Source: Candidatus Bathyarchaeia archaeon
GTDB taxonomy: Archaea > Thermoproteota > Bathyarchaeia > 40CM-2-53-6
DNA length: 64,000 bases
Direction: 5' to 3'
Assembly: GCA_035935655.1 (NCBI GenBank)
Contig: DASYWW010000046.1
Location: 90,709 to 154,708 of the forward strand
How positions within the stretch are numbered: position 1 is the first letter of the stretch; each line of letters opens with the position of its first letter. The notes beneath the pieces were generated by a model. That model worked only from the letters and a program-made list of their open reading frames with translations. It made no database searches and was not told the DNA's origin. A program made the position numbers and the translations under genes. Of this stretch, positions 39,188 through 48,753 are shown piece after piece.

Positions 39188-39452
39188 AGGTGGCAGGATG
39201 GGGCTGGGGCTGGATATATTGACTGGCTCAGCCGTGCGTGAGCATGCTGGGTTTATGGCTGACGGTTGCTGTTAGTGGCGGGCGACTTGAGTAGGCCCCC
39301 GGACCCCTTGAGAATTCACGGTACAGATTCACTTCTGGTTTTAGTACCTGTTTCAGACGCGAGTTTCAAGAACGATTCCAGAAACGTTTTTCCATCGTCG
39401 ATTCCAAAGTGGTCTTCGATTGCGTATTTCCCGTTCTAGTCGCTTGGTGGGG

Positions 39453-42400
39453 TCAGGTCCTGCGAGGTAGTCCGCTGGTCTTGCAGAATATGTTGTTCCT
39501 GTAGATATTGCCAGTGCTCGTCGTGTCCTGATACGCGTCAAAGATGCTGTTCGTGCATGCAAGATTACTCTGAACAAGGTTGTTGGAGGAATGTGAGGTC
39601 AGTGCGAATCCATAGGCGCCGTTCCCGTTCGCGCTGTTGAATAGAATACCGTTCGATGGTGAGCTGATTAATAGAAACCCGTTATCATGGTTGATGTTTG
39701 CCCGGTTGCCTGCGAGACCGATAAGGCTTGATGCTTCCAAGCGGAAACCATCGTGAAGATTATTGGTCGCATTGTTGAGGAACAGCGCATCGAGGGTAGA
39801 CTGGGTTATCATGTATCCGTAGCTGTTGGAATAGGCGCTGTTATGGAAGACAAGACTTCGCGTTGAGGATAAGAGCTGGATTCCTATGTAGAAGTTTGTG
39901 ACTCGACAGTTTTCAACAATCACTCCCCTCCGATTATTCAACAGAATGCCTGGATATGCGCCTGCGAGCTGGTCTGTTGTGATTCCCTGGATAGTGTGCC
40001 CGTTACAATTCAACGTGACATTGTCCGCACCGATCACTATGCGACCGGTAAGGTCAGTGGTTAGAGTAGTATTGGTGCTAACTGGGAAGGTGGGGAAGGA
40101 GAGGCCGTTGATCGAGGTGGACCCGCTGCTGCCGAGGTGGCTCACATCCCCTGCATAGCCACCGGTAATAGTCTGGGGGCCGACAGAAGTAGCGGCGGGG
40201 CTGTAGCTTACTGCGCAGGTCGCGGTCGCCCCAGTGCCCGTCAAGGAGCAGGTGGAAGGAGTGAATGTTCCCGACTGGCTGCTCAGGAAGCTAACGGTCG
40301 TGGTGGGGGTTTTTGATGTCCCAGAGTCGGCATCGCTCACCGAGGCAGTGCAGGTGCTAGGATTGTTCACTACGACGGAAGCGGGAACACAGTTGACGCT
40401 CATGGATGTGGAGCGATGCGGTGTCGAGAAGTAGGCAGCCCAGCTAGCCTCGATCGCGACTGCTGTCGGGCGGTTAAGTTCCTGGCCAAAGTCGCATCCT
40501 ATCCGACACCCAATGTCGCACCCTATGCGACAGCCTATGTCACAGAAGATCCTGCATCCGATATCACAGTTAATTCGGCATCCGATGTCGCAGTTTATCC
40601 TGCAGCCAACATTGAAGTTGTCACTCTGGACGAAGTTGAACCGAAGATTTGACCAGTCATCATGACCGGTCAGAACGCTTTTCAGAGTGTCATTATTGAG
40701 ATCGTTCACGATGCCTGCGGTGAAGGTTCCACTGCAGCTCCAGTCCAACGGATGATTCAGCAGGTCTCTCTTCACGGTTCGATGGTCAGGACATACCCAG
40801 CTCGTATAGTCGCTCGCGTTCGACAAGACCGTCCAGTCGTTCAGGCTAGTCTCGTTAAGCGTCGGCAAGGCTTGGCTTGAATAGTCGAATCGGGTCACGT
40901 TTCCTGTCGGAGTCTTTGTTATGATGCCTACTACTTGGTGTTCGTAGCTCATCACGCTAAGATAGTTGGGTTTTCTGTTGACCTCATCAGTGCCACCATG
41001 CATTAGACCAAGGTTGTGACCTAGCTCATGCATGAGCGTGCCCGCTTGCTCGTTTACTGATCCTACCTTGTTGGTCCAAAGACCAAGACTGACAATGAAG
41101 TTGCTTCCGAATGTCTCCCCAACGCCGGACTCAGTGTCGCCTGGAGATGTCTGGTTGATGAACAGGCCATAGTGGAAGTAGTGCGCCCTGTTAGCGTCGA
41201 AGTAGGTTGCCTTCACGGTGTCGAACGACATGGGTTCGCTATGTGTGAAGCTAAGGGCATCCTGCTCGGGAATCGCGTTCCTGACATCAAATATGAGCTT
41301 GATGCCGGTTGACTTCAAGGGAAATCCTTGGTATGGACAACTTGCGGCAGCTGGAGTAGGAGCCGAGTCGAAAGCATTGGTCACAATGTCAAGAGCCTGT
41401 TGAAGCGGCTTGAAAGTGTAGAGACCTTGAGCTGGCTGCATGTAGTCCAGTTGTACTAGCACGGTTTTCCGGCATGGATCGACCCCAAGAGCTTGCATCT
41501 CCGGGGATAGAGCGACGAAGTCAGGTATTCCATCCCCTGGGGTGTCGAGCTTAGCTGGAGAAGGTTGAATTGTTATCTCGACGGCCGGTGCGGATCCAGG
41601 GAGTGTGCCTGTGAAAATGTCCGCTAGATTGATTGTGCCGTTGAGAGGAACGTTCCTCGTAACGATCCTTGCTGAGCCGGTAACATTCGTGGTTGGATAC
41701 TCATAGATTCCGTAGGTGGAATTTGACTGGATTGTAAGCCCGATGAAATCGCCAGGGAGAACAGTGATCAGACTGTCCGTGTAGTAAGGTATGACTGTCC
41801 ATTCAGTGAGCACAAACGGATAATCGGGTAGTCTGGCTGAAAGCACGGGTCTCGGATCATGGATTGGCCCTGCCTCAGCAACTGTGAGGAGGGTTGGTGC
41901 GGTCGGGATGGTCTTCCTGAATACTTTGAGCTGGATCCCTATGGGGGTTGGTGGGACGGTAGTCGAATTTATTACGCCGTTCATGAACTGGGCTTTCCAG
42001 CCGGTGATGTTGCCCGGTAGCACGACCTGATAGGGCAAGACCCATGTGTCAGCGAAGTTCGGCGCGCCGCCTCCCGTAAAAATGCCTGTGATATTGCCTG
42101 GACGTGGTACCGAAGAGAGAGCAGTTGGAAGATGCACTCCTAGCGATTGTGATTGAACACTTTCAGGGTCCGCTGTTAGGGTTGCTATGCAAAGGGTCGT
42201 GCAGATAGTGGTCGTGAACATGCCCAAGATCAAACATAGATCAGTGTTCGGTACGCTGCCCGTTGTCGAGGCAAATCCGATTGAGATTGTGGAACAGCCC
42301 GTTGCAAATCCGATGTGAGGATCTGCTCCGGCTGGTCCTATGAGAGATATTTTGAACAGTCGGCCCGAGGATGGAGCGGCTGTGTTGGCGCCGATGATAT

Positions 42401-42863
42401 CAAGATGTGCGACGCCGAAGCCATCGTGCGATCCACATCCAGATCCGACATTGTTGATGCAACTATCACTGATGTGACTAGCGAGAATTGTGTTCGTCAG
42501 GTCCAGGCCAGTCGCGTTCATTACGGTTGGGTCCCAGTGAAGGTATACCCCTGACGCGTTGAAGCTGGGTGATCCGAGAACGTTTACCGAGACGTCTAAC
42601 CGACCGGTAGAGTCTGCAGTCAGGCGAGGAAGAGTTTGCGGACAGGCAGTAGAATCCCCCGGGACTAGGCATACTCGACCGACGAAGGGTGGAAGCATGG
42701 GTGTTGCAGCCGCCTCCGGGGAAGGCGCCGGAGTCGGTGTCACTGATTGTGAACTGATTGTTAACAGGAGCTGTGACGAAGCAATCGCGAGGCTCAGAAG
42801 TAAGACTATCTTATATGAGGCGGATTTGCGTCCCTGACTCAGCCAACTGATTACTATCTGCAC
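39453..42863 (-). CDS. 1136-aa secreted multidomain protein: cohesin-like domain, metzincin-type Zn protease, Cys-rich octapeptide repeat, Ig-like domain, right-handed beta-helix
   Basis: signal peptide; DTPGDGIPD; HELGHNLGLMH with Met-turn SVMSY; (GCRIxCDI)x5; Asn-rich beta-helix repeats at the C-terminus. Confidence 0.85.
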   Translation of the reverse strand: MQIVISWLSQGRKSASYKIVLLLSLAIASSQLLLTISSQSVTPTPAPSPEAAATPMLPPFVGRVCLVPGDSTACPQTLPRLTADSTGRLDVSVNVLGSPSFNASGVYLHWDPTVMNATGLDLTNTILASHISDSCINNVGSGCGSHDGFGVAHLDIIGANTAAPSSGRLFKISLIGPAGADPHIGFATGCSTISIGFASTTGSVPNTDLCLILGMFTTTICTTLCIATLTADPESVQSQSLGVHLPTALSSVPRPGNITGIFTGGGAPNFADTWVLPYQVVLPGNITGWKAQFMNGVINSTTVPPTPIGIQLKVFRKTIPTAPTLLTVAEAGPIHDPRPVLSARLPDYPFVLTEWTVIPYYTDSLITVLPGDFIGLTIQSNSTYGIYEYPTTNVTGSARIVTRNVPLNGTINLADIFTGTLPGSAPAVEITIQPSPAKLDTPGDGIPDFVALSPEMQALGVDPCRKTVLVQLDYMQPAQGLYTFKPLQQALDIVTNAFDSAPTPAAASCPYQGFPLKSTGIKLIFDVRNAIPEQDALSFTHSEPMSFDTVKATYFDANRAHYFHYGLFINQTSPGDTESGVGETFGSNFIVSLGLWTNKVGSVNEQAGTLMHELGHNLGLMHGGTDEVNRKPNYLSVMSYEHQVVGIITKTPTGNVTRFDYSSQALPTLNETSLNDWTVLSNASDYTSWVCPDHRTVKRDLLNHPLDWSCSGTFTAGIVNDLNNDTLKSVLTGHDDWSNLRFNFVQSDNFNVGCRINCDIGCRINCDIGCRIFCDIGCRIGCDIGCRIGCDFGQELNRPTAVAIEASWAAYFSTPHRSTSMSVNCVPASVVVNNPSTCTASVSDADSGTSKTPTTTVSFLSSQSGTFTPSTCSLTGTGATATCAVSYSPAATSVGPQTITGGYAGDVSHLGSSGSTSINGLSFPTFPVSTNTTLTTDLTGRIVIGADNVTLNCNGHTIQGITTDQLAGAYPGILLNNRRGVIVENCRVTNFYIGIQLLSSTRSLVFHNSAYSNSYGYMITQSTLDALFLNNATNNLHDGFRLEASSLIGLAGNRANINHDNGFLLISSPSNGILFNSANGNGAYGFALTSHSSNNLVQSNLACTNSIFDAYQDTTSTGNIYRNNIFCKTSGLPRRT
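40488..40607 (-). repeat. coding tandem repeat, 5 x 24 nt, encoding GCRI[N/N/F/G/G]CD[I/F]
   Basis: near-identical peptide units encoded by synonymously diverged codons. Confidence 0.95.
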
Positions 42864-43028
42864 TCACCTCGAGAGCAATTTTCTATTCAACCCGCCTGCG
42901 GGCCCGCCCTAGAAGAGGGAGCAAGCTGGTGTGGAATCGAAATTCAGCTTCTCGGTGATGAGAATTTAACATTGTCGGAATCGGGGGATTGACAAGGGAA
43001 GAAACGGATACAAGTACGAGAGTGTGGC

Positions 43029-46000
43029 TTAGCTGGGACCGCGAATCCAGCCTAGAAAGCCTGTCTCTCTTGACCGGACCATGACAGGGTCGAATGCGTA
43101 GGAGCCATGCTTTCCATTCTCGTCAAGAAAAGTCAGGCGAGGTCTCAGCACGTAATCACCTTTCCTACGAGCGCGAACGGTGACACTCGCCGCGTAGCTC
43201 TTGAGATGCTCGAGGCGTCTTCCCCTCAAGCTGATACCGTGACTTTCTATCGAGAGCTCTCCCTCTCGTGCTTGAAGCTCTAAGCCCTTGACGGCCAGAC
43301 TCTCTATCATGCCAAGAATCGCAGGGGCCTTTCCTATATTGACGAGCTGGAGGTCGATCGTGATTTGTTCGCCGGCTGTCACGTCTGTCGCGGATAATCG
43401 CATGCTTCCCACAACGTGAGCGTTCTCAAATTTCTCAAGACCAGTCGCGCGGTCTTCAGCTAAGGACATTGGTGAAATTGTCACATCGGCGACCGTAGGG
43501 CTTTCTGCTAGAACTTCCACTGGCATCAACAGTAGCTGCTTTTCCTCGCGGGCTCTCTCTAGATGTCGGAGAGATTCTTCTCTCTTCGCCACGTAACCGG
43601 CTTCTCCGTAGATCGTTGCGGCCAGTTGTAAGTGGTTTTCAGCGAGCTGAAACAGTTCCTTTCTTTTCTTAGAATCGATCTCAATCTCGGCCTGTCTCAG
43701 ATAGGTTAGAGCGTCGAAATACCTCTGGGTTGCCCTCGTCCAATCCGCAGCTTTTCGAATTCCCGCTTCTTCATAGAAGTCTGCGGCGGTTTCCAGATTC
43801 GTTTTTATCGACTGGTAGAGTCCGGGGTCTCGTGTTCGACGAAAAGTAACACCCAACTCTAGCGCTTTACACATCGCAGAGTTTGCTAGAGCGCCTAGCT
43901 TGGTTTTCTTACTGCCCGGCTTAGATTCGACCAGCTTGAAGGTCGAAGCGGCCTCCGCGTATAGCTCAGGTGAAGCTGTAGCCTCCGCGCTTTTCATCTT
44001 CGCCCAAGCCTCGCAGAGGGTGCTCAGCGTGTCGAGTTCAGCTCGTGTTCCCTGGTGAAGAGTCTCATTGGACAATTTCCTGAAGCTGTCAGAAGATAGA
44101 CGGTATTTGGCGGAGCTAGCTTCCTCTTCCATCCTTGAATCGAGAATCTTCGCTTCTTCGAGCTGCAATCTCGCCAGAGTATACTTGAGCCTCCCCCGAG
44201 TCATCTCGAGCCAGTTGTCCAGTTCTCTTCTTTCGGTATCGGCCGGAGTTGTTGCGGGTTTCTGTTCCAGCTCAACTAATCCTTCTTGGAAGTTGGTTTT
44301 TGCGGCGTTGAAAGATTCGATCGCGGATTGTTGCCTTTCTTGGCGGCTCATGCCCTCTCCCAGTTCGAGAAACGAGCAGGCAGTATAGTGACGTGAGAGA
44401 TGACTCCAGTTCTTGATGCTTCTCAGGTGCTCGGCAGCCTTCGTATACGCTTCAGCGGAGGCCGTGTACTGCTCTCGATCATGTTTCAGTCTGGCCTCTT
44501 CTATGACTTCCCAAGCTTCCATGTACCGAGCATATTCTTGGAATACTTCGTTCAACGCTTGGATCTTTTTTCCAGCCAGGCCATAGTCCTGTGCTGCTTG
44601 TCGGAACGATTCGGAGGCTTCTTGATATTCTCTCAACTGATCGTGGGCCTGCGCAATTTTCCACCGGATAGGCGCGATCGAGGCCAGGCTTCCAGACTTG
44701 GCGAGATGCGATATGGATTGTTGGTAAGCGTGGATGGCTTCTCGTCCTATGGGGGCTTCACTCGTCAGGTTGTAGAGCTTTTGGAGAATGTCACCATGCC
44801 ACTCCGCGTATTGTGCTTGAGCGCGGACTTGTCCCGGGAGACCGGGGACTATTCCTGTGATTGTTGCGCACAGTTTTACGCATTGGGCCATGTCTGAAGC
44901 TGCTTCCTTGAGCATGTTGAGTTTCTGTTGGTGGTTATTTTCTAGATCTGATAACTCGGCCTTGATCAGAGCGAGATAGTTTATCATCGCTCCCCTACTG
45001 AAGGAGTGAGGGCTTAGGAGTCCCAGAACGCGAACTGTTTCCTCCCTGATAGGCAAAGCCTCTTTGAGGAGGCGGGTTTTCTCTTCGTTTCCAGCATCCA
45101 TCATGGCAAGCAGGTACATGGCTCTGCTGAGCTGGTGTCCCATTCCGGTCAAGAAGGACTGATTTTCATATCTCATCGCACTCTTTGTCGTCTCTATGGC
45201 TTTCCGGAGAACGCTTCTCTTCTTGTCGATGTTGGTCTCAACTGTTAGTGCGAGATAGTTGGAGGCGTCAACTTGTATTCCGTACGCACGTTTCAGATAT
45301 TCGCCAGGTGATGAGGGTTGGAGATTGACGATCGCGTATTGTGCTAACTCGATCGTTTTCTCGAGCTGTTCTCTTCGTTTTTCCGCGTACTCCTCTCCCA
45401 AGCCCGCCCATCGTGTCATGGCTGCAGCGGGGATGTGAAATCTTCCGATCACGTATTGGTCCTGTAGCTCTTTTGCCATTCCCATGCCCTTCTCGTACAG
45501 ACCGAGGGCTTTGGGAATGTCTCCTTCGAGGTCACCTGCCAAGATGAGTAGTGCCTCCGCGGATAGGGCGTCGGCGTAGGTTGTTCCTATTTTTTCTTGG
45601 ATTTTGGGTATGCGATCCTTTAGCTTCTCCAGTTTTCTTTCGAGTTCTTCGTATCTCGGTTTTTCTAGAACGTAGTCTCCTGACATGTACAACCGGGCGA
45701 GAAGGTTAACCGCTCCAAGTCTGATCTCTTCTTGAGCGAGAGTCTCGTCCTCAACTATTCTCCAGGCAGTCTCGAGAGCAGACTCGAAGAGGTCAACTAG
45801 CTCTCTTCGTTCTTGTGAGAGATGGATAGCCTTCTCCTTGTAGGACAGTAGGTCCAATAAGGTCTCCGCAAGTTCAGCCTTGTGACCGCGAACCTCGAGA
45901 AAGTGGGCCGATTGTTGCGCTAACCGCACACACTTTCCTAGAACATCTCGCTTTTCGTTTACATCGTCCAGAGCCCAGAATTTAGAGAAGGAGGCTCGGG

Positions 46001-46313
46001 CTTGCGCTCTCTTTGCGAGGTCTTCTAAACCAGAGGTCTGGTAAGCGTGGACCGCTTTTTCCTCGGCATCTTGTGAAAGACCCATGAGATTTTTGAATTC
46101 GTCTCTTGTTCTAGATTGGAATGATGCGTAAAAGAAAGATCTTGCGAGACGCTCGGACACGTCTGCTATTCGGGCCTGATCGTTTGTGTTTTCGAGCTGA
46201 CTTAAGATTCGCTGATAATCTTCGGCCGCTTTCGTCCACTGGTATTTGCCCACATGCTGCGTCGCTTCAGCTAGCGACTTCTCGATAGCTGGCGGAGGCT
46301 CCAACGTGGACAA
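43029..46313 (-). CDS. 1094-aa TPR/alpha-solenoid protein with a C-terminal Ig-like domain
   Basis: long Ala/Glu/Leu helical repeats, then LQLVNIGKAPA...GDYVLRPRLTF. Confidence 0.8.
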   Translation of the reverse strand: MSTLEPPPAIEKSLAEATQHVGKYQWTKAAEDYQRILSQLENTNDQARIADVSERLARSFFYASFQSRTRDEFKNLMGLSQDAEEKAVHAYQTSGLEDLAKRAQARASFSKFWALDDVNEKRDVLGKCVRLAQQSAHFLEVRGHKAELAETLLDLLSYKEKAIHLSQERRELVDLFESALETAWRIVEDETLAQEEIRLGAVNLLARLYMSGDYVLEKPRYEELERKLEKLKDRIPKIQEKIGTTYADALSAEALLILAGDLEGDIPKALGLYEKGMGMAKELQDQYVIGRFHIPAAAMTRWAGLGEEYAEKRREQLEKTIELAQYAIVNLQPSSPGEYLKRAYGIQVDASNYLALTVETNIDKKRSVLRKAIETTKSAMRYENQSFLTGMGHQLSRAMYLLAMMDAGNEEKTRLLKEALPIREETVRVLGLLSPHSFSRGAMINYLALIKAELSDLENNHQQKLNMLKEAASDMAQCVKLCATITGIVPGLPGQVRAQAQYAEWHGDILQKLYNLTSEAPIGREAIHAYQQSISHLAKSGSLASIAPIRWKIAQAHDQLREYQEASESFRQAAQDYGLAGKKIQALNEVFQEYARYMEAWEVIEEARLKHDREQYTASAEAYTKAAEHLRSIKNWSHLSRHYTACSFLELGEGMSRQERQQSAIESFNAAKTNFQEGLVELEQKPATTPADTERRELDNWLEMTRGRLKYTLARLQLEEAKILDSRMEEEASSAKYRLSSDSFRKLSNETLHQGTRAELDTLSTLCEAWAKMKSAEATASPELYAEAASTFKLVESKPGSKKTKLGALANSAMCKALELGVTFRRTRDPGLYQSIKTNLETAADFYEEAGIRKAADWTRATQRYFDALTYLRQAEIEIDSKKRKELFQLAENHLQLAATIYGEAGYVAKREESLRHLERAREEKQLLLMPVEVLAESPTVADVTISPMSLAEDRATGLEKFENAHVVGSMRLSATDVTAGEQITIDLQLVNIGKAPAILGMIESLAVKGLELQAREGELSIESHGISLRGRRLEHLKSYAASVTVRARRKGDYVLRPRLTFLDENGKHGSYAFDPVMVRSRETGFLGWIRGPS

Positions 46314-46442
46314 CGCAGGACGCTATTGAACCCCGAACACGATATTAAACCGTAAGGGGAAGCTAGTGCACCTGGTGCAATTTTCCGAGCTCCGATCCCC
46401 TAGGGGAGGTGGTCTAAAGACGGATAGATTTCGAATGGATAA

Positions 46443-46778
46443 TCATGAAGAAGGACGCTGTTCTCGAAACGCCGTTATCTTCCGCGCATCATTGTAGGCC
46501 AATGTGATCAATTCCTTCGCCTTCTCGACATCTCCCTCGGATCGTACATGGAAGGTAACCCATCCGGCCCGTGCCGGTGTAAACCGGTGCCTCTCAGCCT
46601 TGCCTTCACGAAGCACCCGCTCTTGGTCCTCGCGCGACAAGTGAATGTCCAGATATCTCGGGCCATGGCTGTGCATGAACTGGCGACCGTTGACCTGATA
46701 TTCAGTTCCGCCAAAACTATGCGGTCCTTCAACAACACCCGGCAATTGTAACAACCACTCTCTCAATCCACTAGTCAT
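46443..46778 (-). CDS. luciferase-like DUF5519 family protein
   Basis: LPGV...HSFGG.EY...FMHSHG...LDI...HRF.P..GWV. Confidence 0.75.
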   Translation of the reverse strand: MTSGLREWLLQLPGVVEGPHSFGGTEYQVNGRQFMHSHGPRYLDIHLSREDQERVLREGKAERHRFTPARAGWVTFHVRSEGDVEKAKELITLAYNDARKITAFREQRPSS

Positions 46779-47215
46779 GTTCGTCCACCACGCGAGTATT
46801 CTGGAGGGTTGAGTGATCCTAAAAGGACTGAATCCTAGCGTTCTTCGTCACAGCAATAACGCTGAAGCGCGCCTAAGAGAGGGAAGTCTATAGTTGTGGG
46901 GGTGATTACACATCCGAGACAAGTGACTCAACAAAAGCGATACAGCCCCCCTGAGGGGGCCTTCAGTAAGTGGGCGAGCTCTTCGACGAATTCATCAGAG
47001 ACAGATTGATACTAGGTTAGTTGCTCGTCGAGGGCTGCTCTAGGTCCAAGCTGAATTCAGGCCTGCTCATTAGACTTGACCGACTTCCTGAGATTATCAT
47101 CTGCCCCTTTCATTGGAGTAAGATTTGAACGAGAGGACGACGATATCTTAAACCGTGACCGGTTCTCTTGAGCCGTGATACTTTCAAGATAGGATAAACC
47201 GGGGTGGTGGGCTAG

Positions 47216-48694
47216 CTGAAACCTGGAGGAGAGGGGCTGGGGATCAAGGGTTGGCTGCGAGGTCCGAAACAGAAAGGTGCTGGTCCCAAGGTTGAGAGGG
47301 TCGCGGCGGGGAGAGAGCGAATTGCCATTCTGCCGTTCGTGAACATTAGTCCAGATCCCAAGGACGAGTATTTTGCCGATGGTATGACTGAAGAGTTGAT
47401 CTCTACTCTTTCGAAGATTGGGAGGTTGAAGGTGATCTCGAGAACATCTGTGATGAGGTACAAGCAGACTGCCAAGAGCGTTGAAGAGATCTCGCAAGAA
47501 CTCAACGTCGGCAGTATCCTTGAGGGAAGCGTGAGGAAAGCTGCGGATGATCTGCGGATCACAGTGAAACTGATCGATGTCAGGCGGGACGAGCACGTAT
47601 GGTCACAGGACTATGAGAGGAAGATCGAGAATGTCTTCGCTGTTCAGAAGGAGATAGCCCGGAAGGTCGTGGACTCGTTGCAGATCGAACTATTGCCGGG
47701 GGACAAGCGGAACATCGAGAAACAGGGGACTAGAAACGTTGAATCCTACGAGTTGTACTTGAAGGGCCGGTTTCTCTGGAACAAACGCTCGAAGGAAGGA
47801 ATGACCGAGGCAATCGAGCATTTCCGGGCCGCGGCTCAGAAGGACCCCTCATTCCCCTTACCTCACGTCGGGATCGCAGACTGCTACAATCTGCTAGTTA
47901 TCAACAGCTACTTGCCGGCGAAGGATGGGTATCCGCAAGCAGAGAAGGCGATTGCGCGTGCATTGGAGCTGGACAACAATCTCGCTGAAGGGCACGCTTC
48001 GTTAGGCTTACTCCGGTCCGATGCCGACTGGGACTGGGCTGGCGCGGAGCGCGAGTATCGGAAGGCGATCGAGCTGAACCCTAACTATGCCACAGCTCAC
48101 CACTGGCTCTCGATACTTCTCGGACCGACTTTGGGGCGGGTAGACGAGGGGATGATGGAAGCGAAGAAGGCGCTTGAGCTCGACCCTTTGTCTCCAATCA
48201 TCAACGTCAATCTCGGCCATGGATACGAGTCGATTGGGAATCTCGACTTGGCTGAAGAATATGCGCAAAAGGCGCTCGACTTGGATCCGAGCTTTGTCGG
48301 GGGTCTAGCTCTGCAGGCGTTGCTAGCGGTTGACCGGGGGTCTTATGGGGAGGCAATTAATCTCATCGAGAAGATTGCCTCTCTCATCCCATCAGCGTAC
48401 AAGGCGATCAGGATTGGGGTGGCTTGCGTATATGCTATGGCAGGGAACCTTGCGAAGGCGAAGGAGGTCTTCGAGGAGACTGCCGCGGTAGTGGGGAAAG
48501 ATCAGGTCACCGCGTTCCATCTCGCACGATACTATGCTGTTATCGGAGATCGGGATCGGGCGTTCGACTTGCTGGAAAGAGCGTTTGTGGATCGCGATCC
48601 TGACCTCTGCACCGTCAGCGCCGAGCCCTTTCTCAGAAGCCTCGCATCCGACGAGCGATTCGCCGACCTCCTCAAGAAAATGAAAGTACGATAG
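47216..48694 (+). CDS. TolB-N-like plus TPR protein lacking the usual upstream cyclase/kinase domain (possible CTG start at 47216)
   Basis: RIAILPFVNISPDPKDEYFADGMTEELI...VISRTS and multiple TPRs; frame open from 47216. Confidence 0.85.
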   Translation: MKPGGEGLGIKGWLRGPKQKGAGPKVERVAAGRERIAILPFVNISPDPKDEYFADGMTEELISTLSKIGRLKVISRTSVMRYKQTAKSVEEISQELNVGSILEGSVRKAADDLRITVKLIDVRRDEHVWSQDYERKIENVFAVQKEIARKVVDSLQIELLPGDKRNIEKQGTRNVESYELYLKGRFLWNKRSKEGMTEAIEHFRAAAQKDPSFPLPHVGIADCYNLLVINSYLPAKDGYPQAEKAIARALELDNNLAEGHASLGLLRSDADWDWAGAEREYRKAIELNPNYATAHHWLSILLGPTLGRVDEGMMEAKKALELDPLSPIINVNLGHGYESIGNLDLAEEYAQKALDLDPSFVGGLALQALLAVDRGSYGEAINLIEKIASLIPSAYKAIRIGVACVYAMAGNLAKAKEVFEETAAVVGKDQVTAFHLARYYAVIGDRDRAFDLLERAFVDRDPDLCTVSAEPFLRSLASDERFADLLKKMKVR

Positions 48695-48753
48695 AACAGC
48701 TCAGACCCCTCTCAATTCTCAAAAAGCTTAAGACATATTTCAGCCAGCCCGAG

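Noticed and set aside
35197..39230. Integron cassette array
   Set aside because: No integrase and no recurring attC-like palindromes were found between the genes.
40488..40607. 24-nt periodic repeat as a CRISPR array
   Set aside because: There are no spacers, conservation is at the peptide level inside an ORF, and no cas genes are present.
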